Sequence record: MT708547.1
Strand: one strand, 5' to 3'
Length of the DNA stretch: 64,000 nucleotides
Position 1 is the stretch's first letter. Every line of letters begins with the position of its first letter. This document shows positions 7,929-16,720 of the stretch, piece after piece. The notes under the pieces are model-generated. The model ran no database searches and was not told the origin of the DNA. It saw only the letters and a program-made list of their open reading frames with translations. The position numbers were made by a program, and so were the translations under genes.

Positions 7929-8201
7929 ATGCAAAATAACCGCCCAATGATAAGAAATATGCTTTTCGTATTCCAGAAAAAAGTTAATGTAACTTCGGTA
8001 AATGGTGAACGTAAATTAAATGCGGCATTCGCCAAATATACACAAAGCAAAAACATCCATTACTTTTATCTTACTCTGAATGAGTTTAATGATCTGGTAA
8101 AAGAAATGTTTGTCAGTACTGAAATTGTTGCACCTGTAAGCACTGATATCATTCTAAAAGAATGGGAAAGTTTTTACAAAAGTTCTGTTGTAATCGCTTG
8201 A
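7929..8201 (+). CDS. Hypothetical protein
   Basis: AAGGAG SD. Confidence 0.85.
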   Translation: MQNNRPMIRNMLFVFQKKVNVTSVNGERKLNAAFAKYTQSKNIHYFYLTLNEFNDLVKEMFVSTEIVAPVSTDIILKEWESFYKSSVVIA

Positions 8202-8255
8202 CAACATAATCCAGTACTGGCATAATAACTACATAGACCACAAAGGAGAAACATA

Positions 8256-8435
8256 ATGGAAACTGTAATTGCTACTACCAAAATCAATGGACTGGATAAT
8301 GAAGTTTCATTGATTCATAAACAAAGCACATATGTTGTGTCATATGGTCACTATAGAACCTATCATGACACCATCAATGAAGCTTTTGTGGATTATATGA
8401 AAGCAATTGAAATTGCCTATGATGATTATCGTTAA
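8256..8435 (+). CDS. Hypothetical protein (59 aa; not in ORF track)
   Basis: cassette promoter + AAGGAG. Confidence 0.75.
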   Translation: METVIATTKINGLDNEVSLIHKQSTYVVSYGHYRTYHDTINEAFVDYMKAIEIAYDDYR

Positions 8436-8518
8436 AAGTACTTGCTTTAATCATTCAGTACTGTATAATGTATTACATCAAAGGGAATGAATGATTCATT
8501 CCCACATAACCAGGAGTA

Positions 8519-8881
8519 ATGACTATGTTTGATAAAGTTTTATTTTCTGATAACACCTCTGAAACCGAGATCCCGGAAGCGGTAAAAGCTTTTGCTCAAT
8601 TAGTTGCCCAGCGTCAAACTGATAATTACGACGGGCCTTATTCTTTCCTTACTGAGATTAGTAAAGGCAAAAAGTTTATTAAACTTATTCGCCGCGAGAA
8701 GTGGAAAGATAACGGACAATTAACAGGCGGATCGGTATTTGCCTTTATTGATCCCGATGGTAACATTTACAAATCAGCGACAGCTAAAGCACCAGCTAAA
8801 GGCATTCGCGGAAATGTTAACATCAACGGCGGCGGCGATGCAATCGGGCGTGATGGTTATATTCGTTACTTTCGTAATTGA
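8519..8881 (+). CDS. Conserved phage hypothetical protein (GKKFIK..SVFAFID..GNIYKxAxxKAPAKG.RGN family)
   Basis: motif common in T4-like phages; function unknown. Confidence 0.8.
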   Translation: MTMFDKVLFSDNTSETEIPEAVKAFAQLVAQRQTDNYDGPYSFLTEISKGKKFIKLIRREKWKDNGQLTGGSVFAFIDPDGNIYKSATAKAPAKGIRGNVNINGGGDAIGRDGYIRYFRN

Positions 8882-8932
8882 CAAATCTTTACAAATCCAG
8901 GGGTTGACTTCGGTCGCCCCTTTTGTTATTAT
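8878..8932 (+). promoter_or_regulatory. TTGAC-N5-TTTAC box + terminator/promoter hybrid
   Basis: GGGGTTGAC-TTCG-GTCGCCCC-TTTT containing TTGACT-17-TATTAT. Confidence 0.8.
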
Positions 8933-8937
8933 ATATT

Positions 8938-8995
8938 CATACCACAGAGCAAGTGGTTTAGCCCACAGGGTGCCGAGATGTATCTATAGTTTAAT
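8938..8995 (+). ncRNA. Short-RNA family copy H
   Basis: ACCAC-AGAGCAA-GTGGT; GCCC-ACA-GGGTGC-N6-GTATCTATAGTTT. Confidence 0.7.
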
Positions 8996-9039
8996 GATTT
9001 GAAGTACTGAAAAATAATTATAAAAAGTACTTGTTAGAC

Positions 9040-9061
9040 GTGAATTCTTTTAAGAATTCAC
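9040..9061. repeat. Perfect 10-bp palindrome inserted in promoter cassette
   Basis: GTGAATTCTT-TT-AAGAATTCAC. Confidence 0.8.
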
Positions 9062-9120
9062 TTGTATTTGTGATTCAGTACTGATATTATATATTCATAC
9101 CAATTAAGGAGATTATCCAA

Positions 9121-9282
9121 ATGAATACACAATATGTACCGGTGATGAATATCACTATCGGAAATGGTAAAGGTATGCATCGATTCAGTACTACAAAAAG
9201 TTATACTCAGCGTACATTAGAATCATGTGCAATTACCAAATGGCAAATAAAACATTACTTTACTACGGACAAGAAAAATTGA
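9121..9282 (+). CDS. Hypothetical protein (53 aa; not in ORF track)
   Basis: cassette promoter + AAGGAG. Confidence 0.65.
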   Translation: MNTQYVPVMNITIGNGKGMHRFSTTKSYTQRTLESCAITKWQIKHYFTTDKKN

Positions 9283-9391
9283 TTAAAAAAGTATTGACTG
9301 CGATACTCAAGTACTGTATTATAACTGGTATAGCGTTTGCACTAGCAGTAACCGTGGTTTTTGGTACTGTAATTATATTGGGGAACATATC

Positions 9392-9697
9392 ATGATTAAA
9401 AATATTGATGCATTCAATAAAGCATATCTTTATACCAGTACTTTTCGGAATAGCGAAGGAGATCCGGTTGAATTTAAAAATGTAGTACTGATCCGGCCTG
9501 GGTTCGATATTATTCATATCTCGAATACCTGGAATCAAGCTGCGGGCAATCGCTACACTATTGATAAAGAAATTTCAATAGAAGAAGCGTTAAAACTTCC
9601 ATCATTGCCGGATCGCTTATCCCTGGCTAGTCGTGTGGAACTGGTAGGCGATACTGCACAATATATTACGCATGAGTATGAATTTAAGTACCTATAA
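9392..9697 (+). CDS. Hypothetical protein
   Basis: ORF with purine-rich SD. Confidence 0.75.
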   Translation: MIKNIDAFNKAYLYTSTFRNSEGDPVEFKNVVLIRPGFDIIHISNTWNQAAGNRYTIDKEISIEEALKLPSLPDRLSLASRVELVGDTAQYITHEYEFKYL

Positions 9698-10073
9698 GTA
9701 CTTGACAATATAATTCAGTACTGTATAATGTATTACATCAAAGGGGATACATAGTGTATCCCCAATTAACAGGAGTAACCCATATGTCTAGTATCGTTAT
9801 TAATGAAACCTTATTATCTGTTACTTATGATGATGCGAGTATTTTTCCTGGTAATGATTATGGGTATGAAATTCCCGTAAAAGTTGAACTCGATCAAAGT
9901 GTCGGCAATCCCGATGATATTAAACGCACTATGGTGGTTAAAATTGGTGATATCACTTTATTGCCCAGTGATATTGATCATATCAAAAGTATGATTGATC
10001 GTGCAAATAATATCGCTGAAACCTTCAAATAAGTACTTGACAATATAATTCAGTACTGTATAATGTATTACAT
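9694..10073 (+). repeat. 45-bp perfect direct repeats (9694-9738, 10029-10073) flanking one gene
   Basis: ataagtacttgacaatataattcagtactgtataatgtattacat x2. Confidence 0.9.
9784..10032 (+). CDS. Hypothetical protein
   Basis: AGGAG SD. Confidence 0.85.
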   Translation: MSSIVINETLLSVTYDDASIFPGNDYGYEIPVKVELDQSVGNPDDIKRTMVVKIGDITLLPSDIDHIKSMIDRANNIAETFK

Positions 10074-10125
10074 AGAAAAGAGATTCCAGTACTGGAATCT
10101 CTAAGATAACCCAAGGAGATTAAAA

Positions 10126-10314
10126 ATGGCAGTAGTATACGGTTATATCAGCAACTATGATTTGACTTTCCGGGAAGTCGGTACTGAATTAGGTGCAAAG
10201 AATGCAGCAACGCGAAACGGCTCGACCCGCGTAGGATATCGCAGTAGTATTAATAATATGTATATTGAAACGCATATCCGCAACGATAAAAAGGGTAAAT
10301 GGGAAAAAGTGTAA
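10126..10314 (+). CDS. Hypothetical protein
   Basis: AAGGAG SD. Confidence 0.85.
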   Translation: MAVVYGYISNYDLTFREVGTELGAKNAATRNGSTRVGYRSSINNMYIETHIRNDKKGKWEKV

Positions 10315-10324
10315 TCTAATTCCA

Positions 10325-10339
10325 TTTACAAATCTTTAC
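10325..10339. promoter_or_regulatory. TTTAC-N5-TTTAC box 11 nt upstream of -35
   Basis: exact match. Confidence 0.6.
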
Positions 10340-10384
10340 AAAACCAGTACTTGATTTAATTATTGAGTACTGGTATTATATATT

Positions 10385-10437
10385 CATTGGCAGATAAGCC
10401 GCAGCCCACAGGGTGCCGAGATGTATCTATAGTTTAT
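10385..10437 (+). ncRNA. Short-RNA family copy I
   Basis: TTGATT-17-TATTAT (10351-10379); GGC-AGATAA-GCC; GCCCACAGGGTGCCGAGATGTATCTATAGTTT. Confidence 0.7.
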
Positions 10438-10704
10438 TGAATTGAAGTACAGAAAAATATTTCTTGCATAATTCATTTCTTATGATATAATAGTAATCAC
10501 ATAAATTAATTGGAGTGAACAAAAATGTTATTAGATTGGCTCAATACTTTATCCCCTGCCGCTGGCCGTCGCTGGGCTATCGGTTCGTCGGTTGCCATCG
10601 TTGTAGGCGTCATTGTACTTTTAGTGATGATTTTCTAAAAAGTACTTGCTTTAATGATTCAGTACTGTATAATGTACTTATACCAAATAACAGGAGTAAA
10701 ACCG

Positions 10705-11022
10705 ATGAAAGATGTAACTTTACCAGTAGTTCAAACTAACTTTGAAAACCAATTCCTGGCCGAAGTGTTCAAGATTGATAATGGCGTTGTATCAATCAAT
10801 TACGGTTTCAATAGCGGCGGTTATGAAAAATTCATTTATTTCGTTACTGCCGATGGTGGATGCCTGGCAATTGATACAGTACTGAATGAATTCAGTAAAG
10901 TAGATTTTAATGATGATAATGATCCTCAGTGGTATATCGTCGGCTATGACGTGAACTATGAAGATGAAGATCTTTATGATGATCATACTAATCAAAAAAT
11001 TGAATCTGCTTATGGGGAATAA
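10705..11022 (+). CDS. Acidic conserved phage protein (GGY..YFVTADGGxL..WYIVGYDVNYED..SAY)
   Basis: SD at 10692; acidic C-terminus. Confidence 0.8.
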   Translation: MKDVTLPVVQTNFENQFLAEVFKIDNGVVSINYGFNSGGYEKFIYFVTADGGCLAIDTVLNEFSKVDFNDDNDPQWYIVGYDVNYEDEDLYDDHTNQKIESAYGE

Positions 11023-11339
11023 AAATGATCATCGTACTATCAGAGAAAGAAAAGAAATTAATTCTTTCAGTACTGAAAGAATATCCCAGAAATATGCGGG
11101 AGCCGTTTGAAACAAATGGTGAATTCGAAGAGCATTTAAACGATATCGATTTATTGATATCCAAGATTGAATCACAATAGTGATGTACTGTAAAACGTCC
11201 TGTAATCGATTATGGGACGTTTTAAGGAATAGCACTATGATTTATTCAGTACTGTAAAAAAACGCTTGAAAATTGATTCCAGTACTGTATAATGTTTTAC
11301 ATAGGAAAATTATTCTCCCCATTATTAGGAATAAAGAAT

Positions 11340-11567
11340 ATGTTTTATCTTGGAACTGTTAAAGAAAATTCGAATGTAATTGAGGCGTCATTGATTTGTA
11401 CTAATAATGAAGTCGCTGGCTATGATTTTGCAAAAGAGCGATTCATGAAATATTACACTGGTGATAATTCAGTGTCATTCGATTTTGAACGTATCGGTGA
11501 TGGTGTTACAATTATGAAATTTGAAGATCTCCCTGAAATCGATTTTGATTTTGTCGTTACACTGTAA
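11340..11567 (+). CDS. Hypothetical protein
   Basis: cassette promoter. Confidence 0.75.
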   Translation: MFYLGTVKENSNVIEASLICTNNEVAGYDFAKERFMKYYTGDNSVSFDFERIGDGVTIMKFEDLPEIDFDFVVTL

Positions 11568-11666
11568 AAAAAGTACTTGCATAATTCTTTCAGTACTGTA
11601 TACTGTACTTATACCAAACAAAAGCAAATGGAATCAGTACTGATTCCCTGTAAAGGAGATAGACCA

Positions 11667-11918
11667 ATGTCAGATCGTATCACTCGCAAAATGGTAGCAG
11701 ATAAAGTTGCTGGGCTGAATCTTGCTATTGACCGTCGTGGATTGCCTGAAAAATATCAGGTAGTACTGGAAGATGGTAAATTCAATATTGAATTACAGCC
11801 GTCTCATGTTTATACTAAACCAACAGCGGTACAAAAGTATTTGAGTACACGAGAAGCATATTTTTATCTTAAAGGTATGTTTCAAATTCTTCTCGACAAT
11901 GTACCACATAAAGATTAA
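11667..11918 (+). CDS. Hypothetical protein
   Basis: AAGGAG SD. Confidence 0.85.
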   Translation: MSDRITRKMVADKVAGLNLAIDRRGLPEKYQVVLEDGKFNIELQPSHVYTKPTAVQKYLSTREAYFYLKGMFQILLDNVPHKD

Positions 11919-11920
11919 AG

Positions 11921-11951
11921 AAAAAGGGGAGACAATGAGTCTCCCTTTTTT
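11921..11951. terminator. Bidirectional terminator
   Basis: A-tract-GGGAGAC-loop-GTCTCCC-T-tract. Confidence 0.85.
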
Positions 11952-12020
11952 GTATTCAGTACTATATATATTTTAGATACAATTTGGCACCCTGTGGGTT
12001 AGTAGCTTGTTCTGCTTTAT
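11925..12020 (-). ncRNA. Short-RNA family copy J
   Basis: - strand TTGACA-17-TATAAT (12055-12027); AGC-AGAACAA-GCT; ACCC-ACA-GGGTGC-N6-GTATCTA; ends at bidirectional terminator. Confidence 0.75.
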
Positions 12021-12146
12021 GTAGTAATTATATGATAAAGCTGGTGGCTTGTCAACACTTATTTTAAAATAAAAAGTACTGAATAGTACTTGCAAAAAGT
12101 ATTCAGTACTGTATAATGTTTATATTGAGATTAAGGAGTACTGACT

Positions 12147-12686
12147 ATGTTAATCAAAATGTATCACGGTTCTAATAATTTTGATCATCGCCGTGGATAT
12201 CTGGGCGGAAAACCAGGTAATTTTCATATGGGTTTTGGACTATATCTAACTAACTCTTATCGCTGGGCTGATAATTATGGGCGACGTCATTATGAGTTAG
12301 ATTTAGATCTTTGTAGTACTGGTGCCGCACATAATGTATGGATTCCTACTAAACACTTTATGGAATTCATAAGAGTATATTGTACTAAAAAGTTTTTTAC
12401 AATGTGCTGTAAAGAATTTAAAGACCGTGAATCTTTGAATGTAGAACGCGTTGAATTGCTTATTATCAATATGGAAAGGCATGTTACTAAAATCGCTAAA
12501 CCATTTGCTGAATTCGTCGCCGCCTGGGGTTGTACGCATAGCATTGAAATATCCGGTAACTATGGTGGTGTTTGCTTGCGGCTTTATGATTTCAGTACTA
12601 TAAAGAATTGTATCATAAGCCAGGAAACGCAAGATTTTTATTATCCAGATGAATTGACAAGATATCCTCAAAAAAACTTGTATTAA
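12147..12686 (+). CDS. Putative ADP-ribosyltransferase-fold protein
   Basis: MYHGS..F..G.GLYLTN...A..YG pattern of H-Y class ARTs. Confidence 0.5.
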   Translation: MLIKMYHGSNNFDHRRGYLGGKPGNFHMGFGLYLTNSYRWADNYGRRHYELDLDLCSTGAAHNVWIPTKHFMEFIRVYCTKKFFTMCCKEFKDRESLNVERVELLIINMERHVTKIAKPFAEFVAAWGCTHSIEISGNYGGVCLRLYDFSTIKNCIISQETQDFYYPDELTRYPQKNLY

Positions 12687-12737
12687 TGATTCAGTACTGA
12701 TATAATGTATTAAATTAATCAGGAGGAATTATCTTAA

Positions 12738-12866
12738 ATGAATAACCGTCAATTGATGATCGATGCATCTCGTTTTCGTTCAAAAGAAGAAAAGAGAAGT
12801 TGCATTAAATGGGTTTTGTCAACTTTCATTATTGGATTACTTATTGTTGCTTTTGTTTATAGTTAG
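12738..12866 (+). CDS. Small membrane protein (42 aa; not in ORF track)
   Basis: AGGAGG SD; C-terminal hydrophobic helix. Confidence 0.65.
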   Translation: MNNRQLMIDASRFRSKEEKRSCIKWVLSTFIIGLLIVAFVYS

Positions 12867-13246
12867 TACTTGACAACTGATTTCAGTACTGTATAATGTT
12901 TATCAAAGGGAATGAATAATTCATTCCCAAATAATCAAAGGAGTTTTGCCATGATCTATATTATCAAAGTATCCCCGACTGTAGGCAAATCAGAAGTTGT
13001 AGCCGTCATCACTTCCCTGGAAGCGAAAGATCTTCATACGCCGTTTAATGTATGGGTGGAGGATAATTTCGGCCAATTCAGTACTGCTGAATATATCGAA
13101 CAATTCGCCGTACCGGATACTGGTAAAATCAAAGTGGATCGTATCCTGGATTTTGATAACAGTAATTATTTTTAAAAGTACTTGACAACTGATTTCAGTA
13201 CTGTATAATGTTTATCAAAGGGAATGAATAATTCATTCCCAAATAA
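12865..13246 (+). repeat. 70-bp perfect direct repeats (12865-12934, 13177-13246) flanking one gene
   Basis: identical promoter+hairpin cassette. Confidence 0.9.
12951..13175 (+). CDS. Hypothetical protein
   Basis: AAGGAG SD. Confidence 0.85.
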   Translation: MIYIIKVSPTVGKSEVVAVITSLEAKDLHTPFNVWVEDNFGQFSTAEYIEQFAVPDTGKIKVDRILDFDNSNYF

Positions 13247-13262
13247 ACAAAGGAGTTTTATC

Positions 13263-13409
13263 ATGAAAGAATATATCTTTGAGGTAACTTTCACCTTCGG
13301 CCCGCATCAACTGATCCGCTCTTCTGGTTATAACCGCGAACAAGCATTCAGCAACCTTCGCCGTATGTACCCCAGTGTCGTGACCTGGGTCAAATGTGAA
13401 GAAGCATAA
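13263..13409 (+). CDS. Hypothetical protein (48 aa)
   Basis: AAGGAG SD. Confidence 0.75.
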   Translation: MKEYIFEVTFTFGPHQLIRSSGYNREQAFSNLRRMYPSVVTWVKCEEA

Positions 13410-13489
13410 AATAATTAGTCAGTACTATTGACAACGCGTGATAGTACTGCTATAATTATTTTAACTTATACGGAATGGAGTTAAAACAA

Positions 13490-13726
13490 ATGTTCAGTGT
13501 CAGCAAACAAGGCGACAAATTTCTGGTTCAATACCATCATTTTGATCTGGTATACACTCAGCCAGATTGTGTATTCAGTACTCAGGAAGGTGCCGAAAAG
13601 CACAAAAAAGCCTTGATCGAAAATAGCAACAGTGGTACATTAGATTTCATCCAACAGTACTGGAATGAATCTAAGCTGCTGGATGGATATTCCAATACAG
13701 TTTATTATGTAGGCATGACTGATTAA
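13490..13726 (+). CDS. Hypothetical protein
   Basis: GGAG SD. Confidence 0.8.
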   Translation: MFSVSKQGDKFLVQYHHFDLVYTQPDCVFSTQEGAEKHKKALIENSNSGTLDFIQQYWNESKLLDGYSNTVYYVGMTD

Positions 13727-13828
13727 TCGGGAGTACTGCTAATGTATATACCAATTATCATACCGTTAGCAGTACTGTTAATCGCCGCCGTCATCTGCGA
13801 ACATTATCATTTGTTAGGAATGTAAACT

Positions 13829-13999
13829 ATGATTCAATGTGAATTGTCAGTACTGATCACGCTGTTCTATATGTTGGGACAAAAGAAACAATATATTTCT
13901 GGTGATAATGCATTATTGTATCAATCATTAGACCAATGGCAACGCACTGAATTAAGCAATGCATGGGCGAAAGGTTACAACGATAGTACTGCAAAATAA
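13829..13999 (+). CDS. Hypothetical protein (56 aa; not in ORF track)
   Basis: AGGA SD. Confidence 0.5.
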   Translation: MIQCELSVLITLFYMLGQKKQYISGDNALLYQSLDQWQRTELSNAWAKGYNDSTAK

Positions 14000-14008
14000 T
14001 TTAAAAAA

Positions 14009-14041
14009 GGGGTTGACACAGGTCAGCCCTTTTGTTATTAT
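14009..14041 (+). promoter_or_regulatory. Terminator/promoter hybrid
   Basis: GGGGTTGAC-ACAG-GTCAGCCC-TTTT containing TTGACA-17-TATTAT. Confidence 0.8.
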
Positions 14042-14046
14042 TAGTA

Positions 14047-14100
14047 CATAGCAAGAACAATGCTCAAGCCCACAGGGTGCCGAAGTGTATCTATAGTTTA
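14047..14100 (+). ncRNA. Short-RNA family copy K
   Basis: AGCA-AGAACAA-TGCT; GCCC-ACA-GGGTGC-N6-GTATCTATAG. Confidence 0.7.
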
Positions 14101-14218
14101 TGTAGTACTGAATCATTAATTTTTCTTGACAATTGGTTTAGTACTGGATATAATAGCCGCCATTGAATACAGAACGGGAAATTAGTACTAATTTCCCTTA
14201 CAGGAGGATTTTAAAAAA

Positions 14219-14485
14219 ATGGCCTATCATACACCACATAGACATTTCATTGATAAACGCGGTATGGCTTTTAAAGCAATGAGTGACAATCGTAACACAC
14301 AAATGTACTTTAAAGATATGACGTTAGAAGAAGCTATTGAAGCTGTAAGGAATGATCGTAAGCTTTCCAAGAAAGTTGCATCAGTACTTAATGCTTTTTG
14401 GTTTGAACGTACTACCAACAAAGAATACAAAGAAAAGATGATTGCACTTGGTAAAGTAGTACGAGAAGAAAAATTATATCTTTAA
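14219..14485 (+). CDS. Hypothetical basic protein
   Basis: AGGAGG SD. Confidence 0.85.
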   Translation: MAYHTPHRHFIDKRGMAFKAMSDNRNTQMYFKDMTLEEAIEAVRNDRKLSKKVASVLNAFWFERTTNKEYKEKMIALGKVVREEKLYL

Positions 14486-14580
14486 GTACTTGACTATGTG
14501 ATTCAGTACTGTATACTGTACTTATACCAAACAAAAGTAAAGGGAATCAGTACTGATTCCCTGTAAAGGAGATAGACCAA

Positions 14581-14688
14581 ATGAAACAAGCAAAATTTAA
14601 TTCAGAAATAAAAGCAGCAAAAGCACACAAAGTACAGTTAGTAGTACTGGTTATTGTATCAATCTTTTTGCTGTGCAACATCGGCTAA
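14581..14688 (+). CDS. Small membrane peptide (35 aa; not in ORF track)
   Basis: full cassette + AAGGAG; hydrophobic C-terminus. Confidence 0.6.
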   Translation: MKQAKFNSEIKAAKAHKVQLVVLVIVSIFLLCNIG

Positions 14689-14768
14689 AATAATTATTAC
14701 AGTACTATTGACAACACGTGATAGTACTGGTATAATTACTTTACCAAATCAAAAAGGAGTAACCAAAA

Positions 14769-15044
14769 ATGCGGATTAAACTTACTAATGATGAGATTCA
14801 TTCAGTACTTACTACCAATATGCAGGACTGGAAAAAGTACGCTGATATCGAAGAAGTCCAGGAACTCAATGATGATTTGAGTGTAGATGAAATTATCACT
14901 ATTTGCTCATCTCAATTCTTTGATGATATCAATGATGAAGAGCAAGATGTATTTGATATCATGGAAAAACATTTTATTGCGTATGATGTTTTCCCGTATA
15001 CTCGCCAGGCTTATATTCTTATTCACAACATTTATAACAAATAA
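14769..15044 (+). CDS. Small acidic protein
   Basis: 20 D/E vs 7 K/R in 91 aa. Confidence 0.85.
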   Translation: MRIKLTNDEIHSVLTTNMQDWKKYADIEEVQELNDDLSVDEIITICSSQFFDDINDEEQDVFDIMEKHFIAYDVFPYTRQAYILIHNIYNK

Positions 15045-15056
15045 GGAATAATAATC

Positions 15057-15422
15057 ATGGAAAAAGAATTTAAAATCAAATACAATATCAGTACTGATTG
15101 TGGTTTTGAAGTACCAGAAGAAGATCAAGAACGTCTTAATGATGTTATTATGATTGACATTTCAAATAAAATCATTCAAGGCTACCGCGAAGGTGAATTG
15201 TGTGAATCGTTGATGGATCAATTCGATGAAGTGGAAACATTTTATCGTGGCTGGTGGAGCATCGAAGAAGTTCACAAAGTACACGAATACCGTGTATTCT
15301 GGATTAACGGCGTTAATGATATCGAAGATATCATTGTAAAAGAAAGTAGTGAATCCGCCGCCATTCAGTACTTTAAAGATCACTACCCCAACAAACGTTA
15401 TCACCATTTAGAAAAAATTTAA
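15057..15422 (+). CDS. Acidic hypothetical protein
   Basis: AAGGA SD. Confidence 0.85.
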   Translation: MEKEFKIKYNISTDCGFEVPEEDQERLNDVIMIDISNKIIQGYREGELCESLMDQFDEVETFYRGWWSIEEVHKVHEYRVFWINGVNDIEDIIVKESSESAAIQYFKDHYPNKRYHHLEKI

Positions 15423-15485
15423 AAAGTACTTGACACCTAATATCAGTACTGACATAATTACTTTAAACAAACAAGGTATTACAAA

Positions 15486-15872
15486 ATGAAAAAGATTATT
15501 CTGGCTGTTACTCTGATGGTTTCCGCTTCCTCTGTGATGGCTGTTAATCTCAATGAATTAACTGATTTCAGTAATACTATGCGTGATCGTTTCAGTGTAC
15601 CAGATCACATTGCAAAAGCCGAACAAGCTCGCAACGCTGGCATGAAATGCAATGCATTGATGACCGATGAGAAAACGGGTAAACAGTTTAAATCACAATT
15701 CAGTACTGGCCCGGAGGATAAACCGATGGTATCAGGTAACGATCTGACTTATCATGAAGAAGATGATACCGGTAGTACTACACTGGTTATCAATAAAAAT
15801 ACTGGTAAAGGTTTTATTACTATTATGGACGCAAGCCAGGTAATTGCAACTGGTAACGTAATTTGCAAATAA
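15486..15872 (+). CDS. Exported (signal peptide) protein
   Basis: MKKIILAVTLMVSASSVMA; two Cys. Confidence 0.8.
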   Translation: MKKIILAVTLMVSASSVMAVNLNELTDFSNTMRDRFSVPDHIAKAEQARNAGMKCNALMTDEKTGKQFKSQFSTGPEDKPMVSGNDLTYHEEDDTGSTTLVINKNTGKGFITIMDASQVIATGNVICK

Positions 15873-15957
15873 AATACTTGACAACATAATCCAGTACTGA
15901 TATATTAATACGCATAGGGGCAAACAACTTGCCCCACTAAACAAAAGGAACTACCAA

Positions 15958-16314
15958 ATGATTACTAAATTCTACGCTACTCGTGAACTGGCTCGGAACG
16001 TCGCTCGTGAAGAAGGTGAAACCTTCAAAGATATGGGTAAAGATTCCCCTGCTGGTCAACGCTGGGCAGTACTGTTCCGCGAGGTCAAAGACCTGGTAGA
16101 AAACGCTAAAGCCGTTGAAATGAACGTTCCCACCAAAGAAGATAAAGAACTGACTGATGCCCTCGCCGCTGCATTCTCCGCGATGGATAAAGCCGCAGCG
16201 GTAGTACTGAAAGTACCGGAATTTGTTACCAGAAAAGTGCATTCAGTACTACAAAATAAATTCAATGGTAAACAGGTTCAAGTGTTTACTAAACGTAAAA
16301 TTCCGGTCATGTAA
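15958..16314 (+). CDS. Hypothetical protein
   Basis: cassette + SD; followed by terminator. Confidence 0.85.
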   Translation: MITKFYATRELARNVAREEGETFKDMGKDSPAGQRWAVLFREVKDLVENAKAVEMNVPTKEDKELTDALAAAFSAMDKAAAVVLKVPEFVTRKVHSVLQNKFNGKQVQVFTKRKIPVM

Positions 16315-16337
16315 AATCTGACTATTACAGTACTAAC

Positions 16338-16360
16338 AAAGGGGCTTCAATGCCCCTTTA
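16338..16360. terminator. Hairpin terminator
   Basis: AAAGGGGC-TTCAAT-GCCCCTTT. Confidence 0.75.
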
Positions 16361-16422
16361 AACGTCCTGTAAGCCATTCTAAGAGGTTTTACATGAAAAA
16401 GGTACAATTACACAAAGGAGTA

Positions 16423-16641
16423 ATGAAAGTTCATTATAATGCCCCGCAACGCATTATAGATAGATCCATTGAACTAGCCAATCAATACCTAGCTGGTGGA
16501 TTAACTCCCAGGAAGTTAAGCAACGGGAAGTTATATGTAATCAACGTTGATACTAATAATCGTATAGTAATCAAAGGTGAAAGCATATCACTGTATGAAC
16601 ATCAACAGTATAACAAGAAAGTAAAAAATATTAGTAGATAA
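16423..16641 (+). CDS. Possible ParE/RelE-like small toxin-fold protein
   Basis: ..Y..G...PRKL....Y.INV...RIV......L.EH..YN pattern; AAAGGAG SD. Confidence 0.35.
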   Translation: MKVHYNAPQRIIDRSIELANQYLAGGLTPRKLSNGKLYVINVDTNNRIVIKGESISLYEHQQYNKKVKNISR

Positions 16642-16720
16642 GTATTGACAACTGATTTCAGTACTGCCATAATGTATACATACAAGGCAATACCGCCTAA
16701 TAACATAGGAGTAACTGAAA

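Noticed and set aside
8961-8974. lambda nut boxB identity of GCCC-ACA-GGGT
   Set aside because: Loop too short and no boxA
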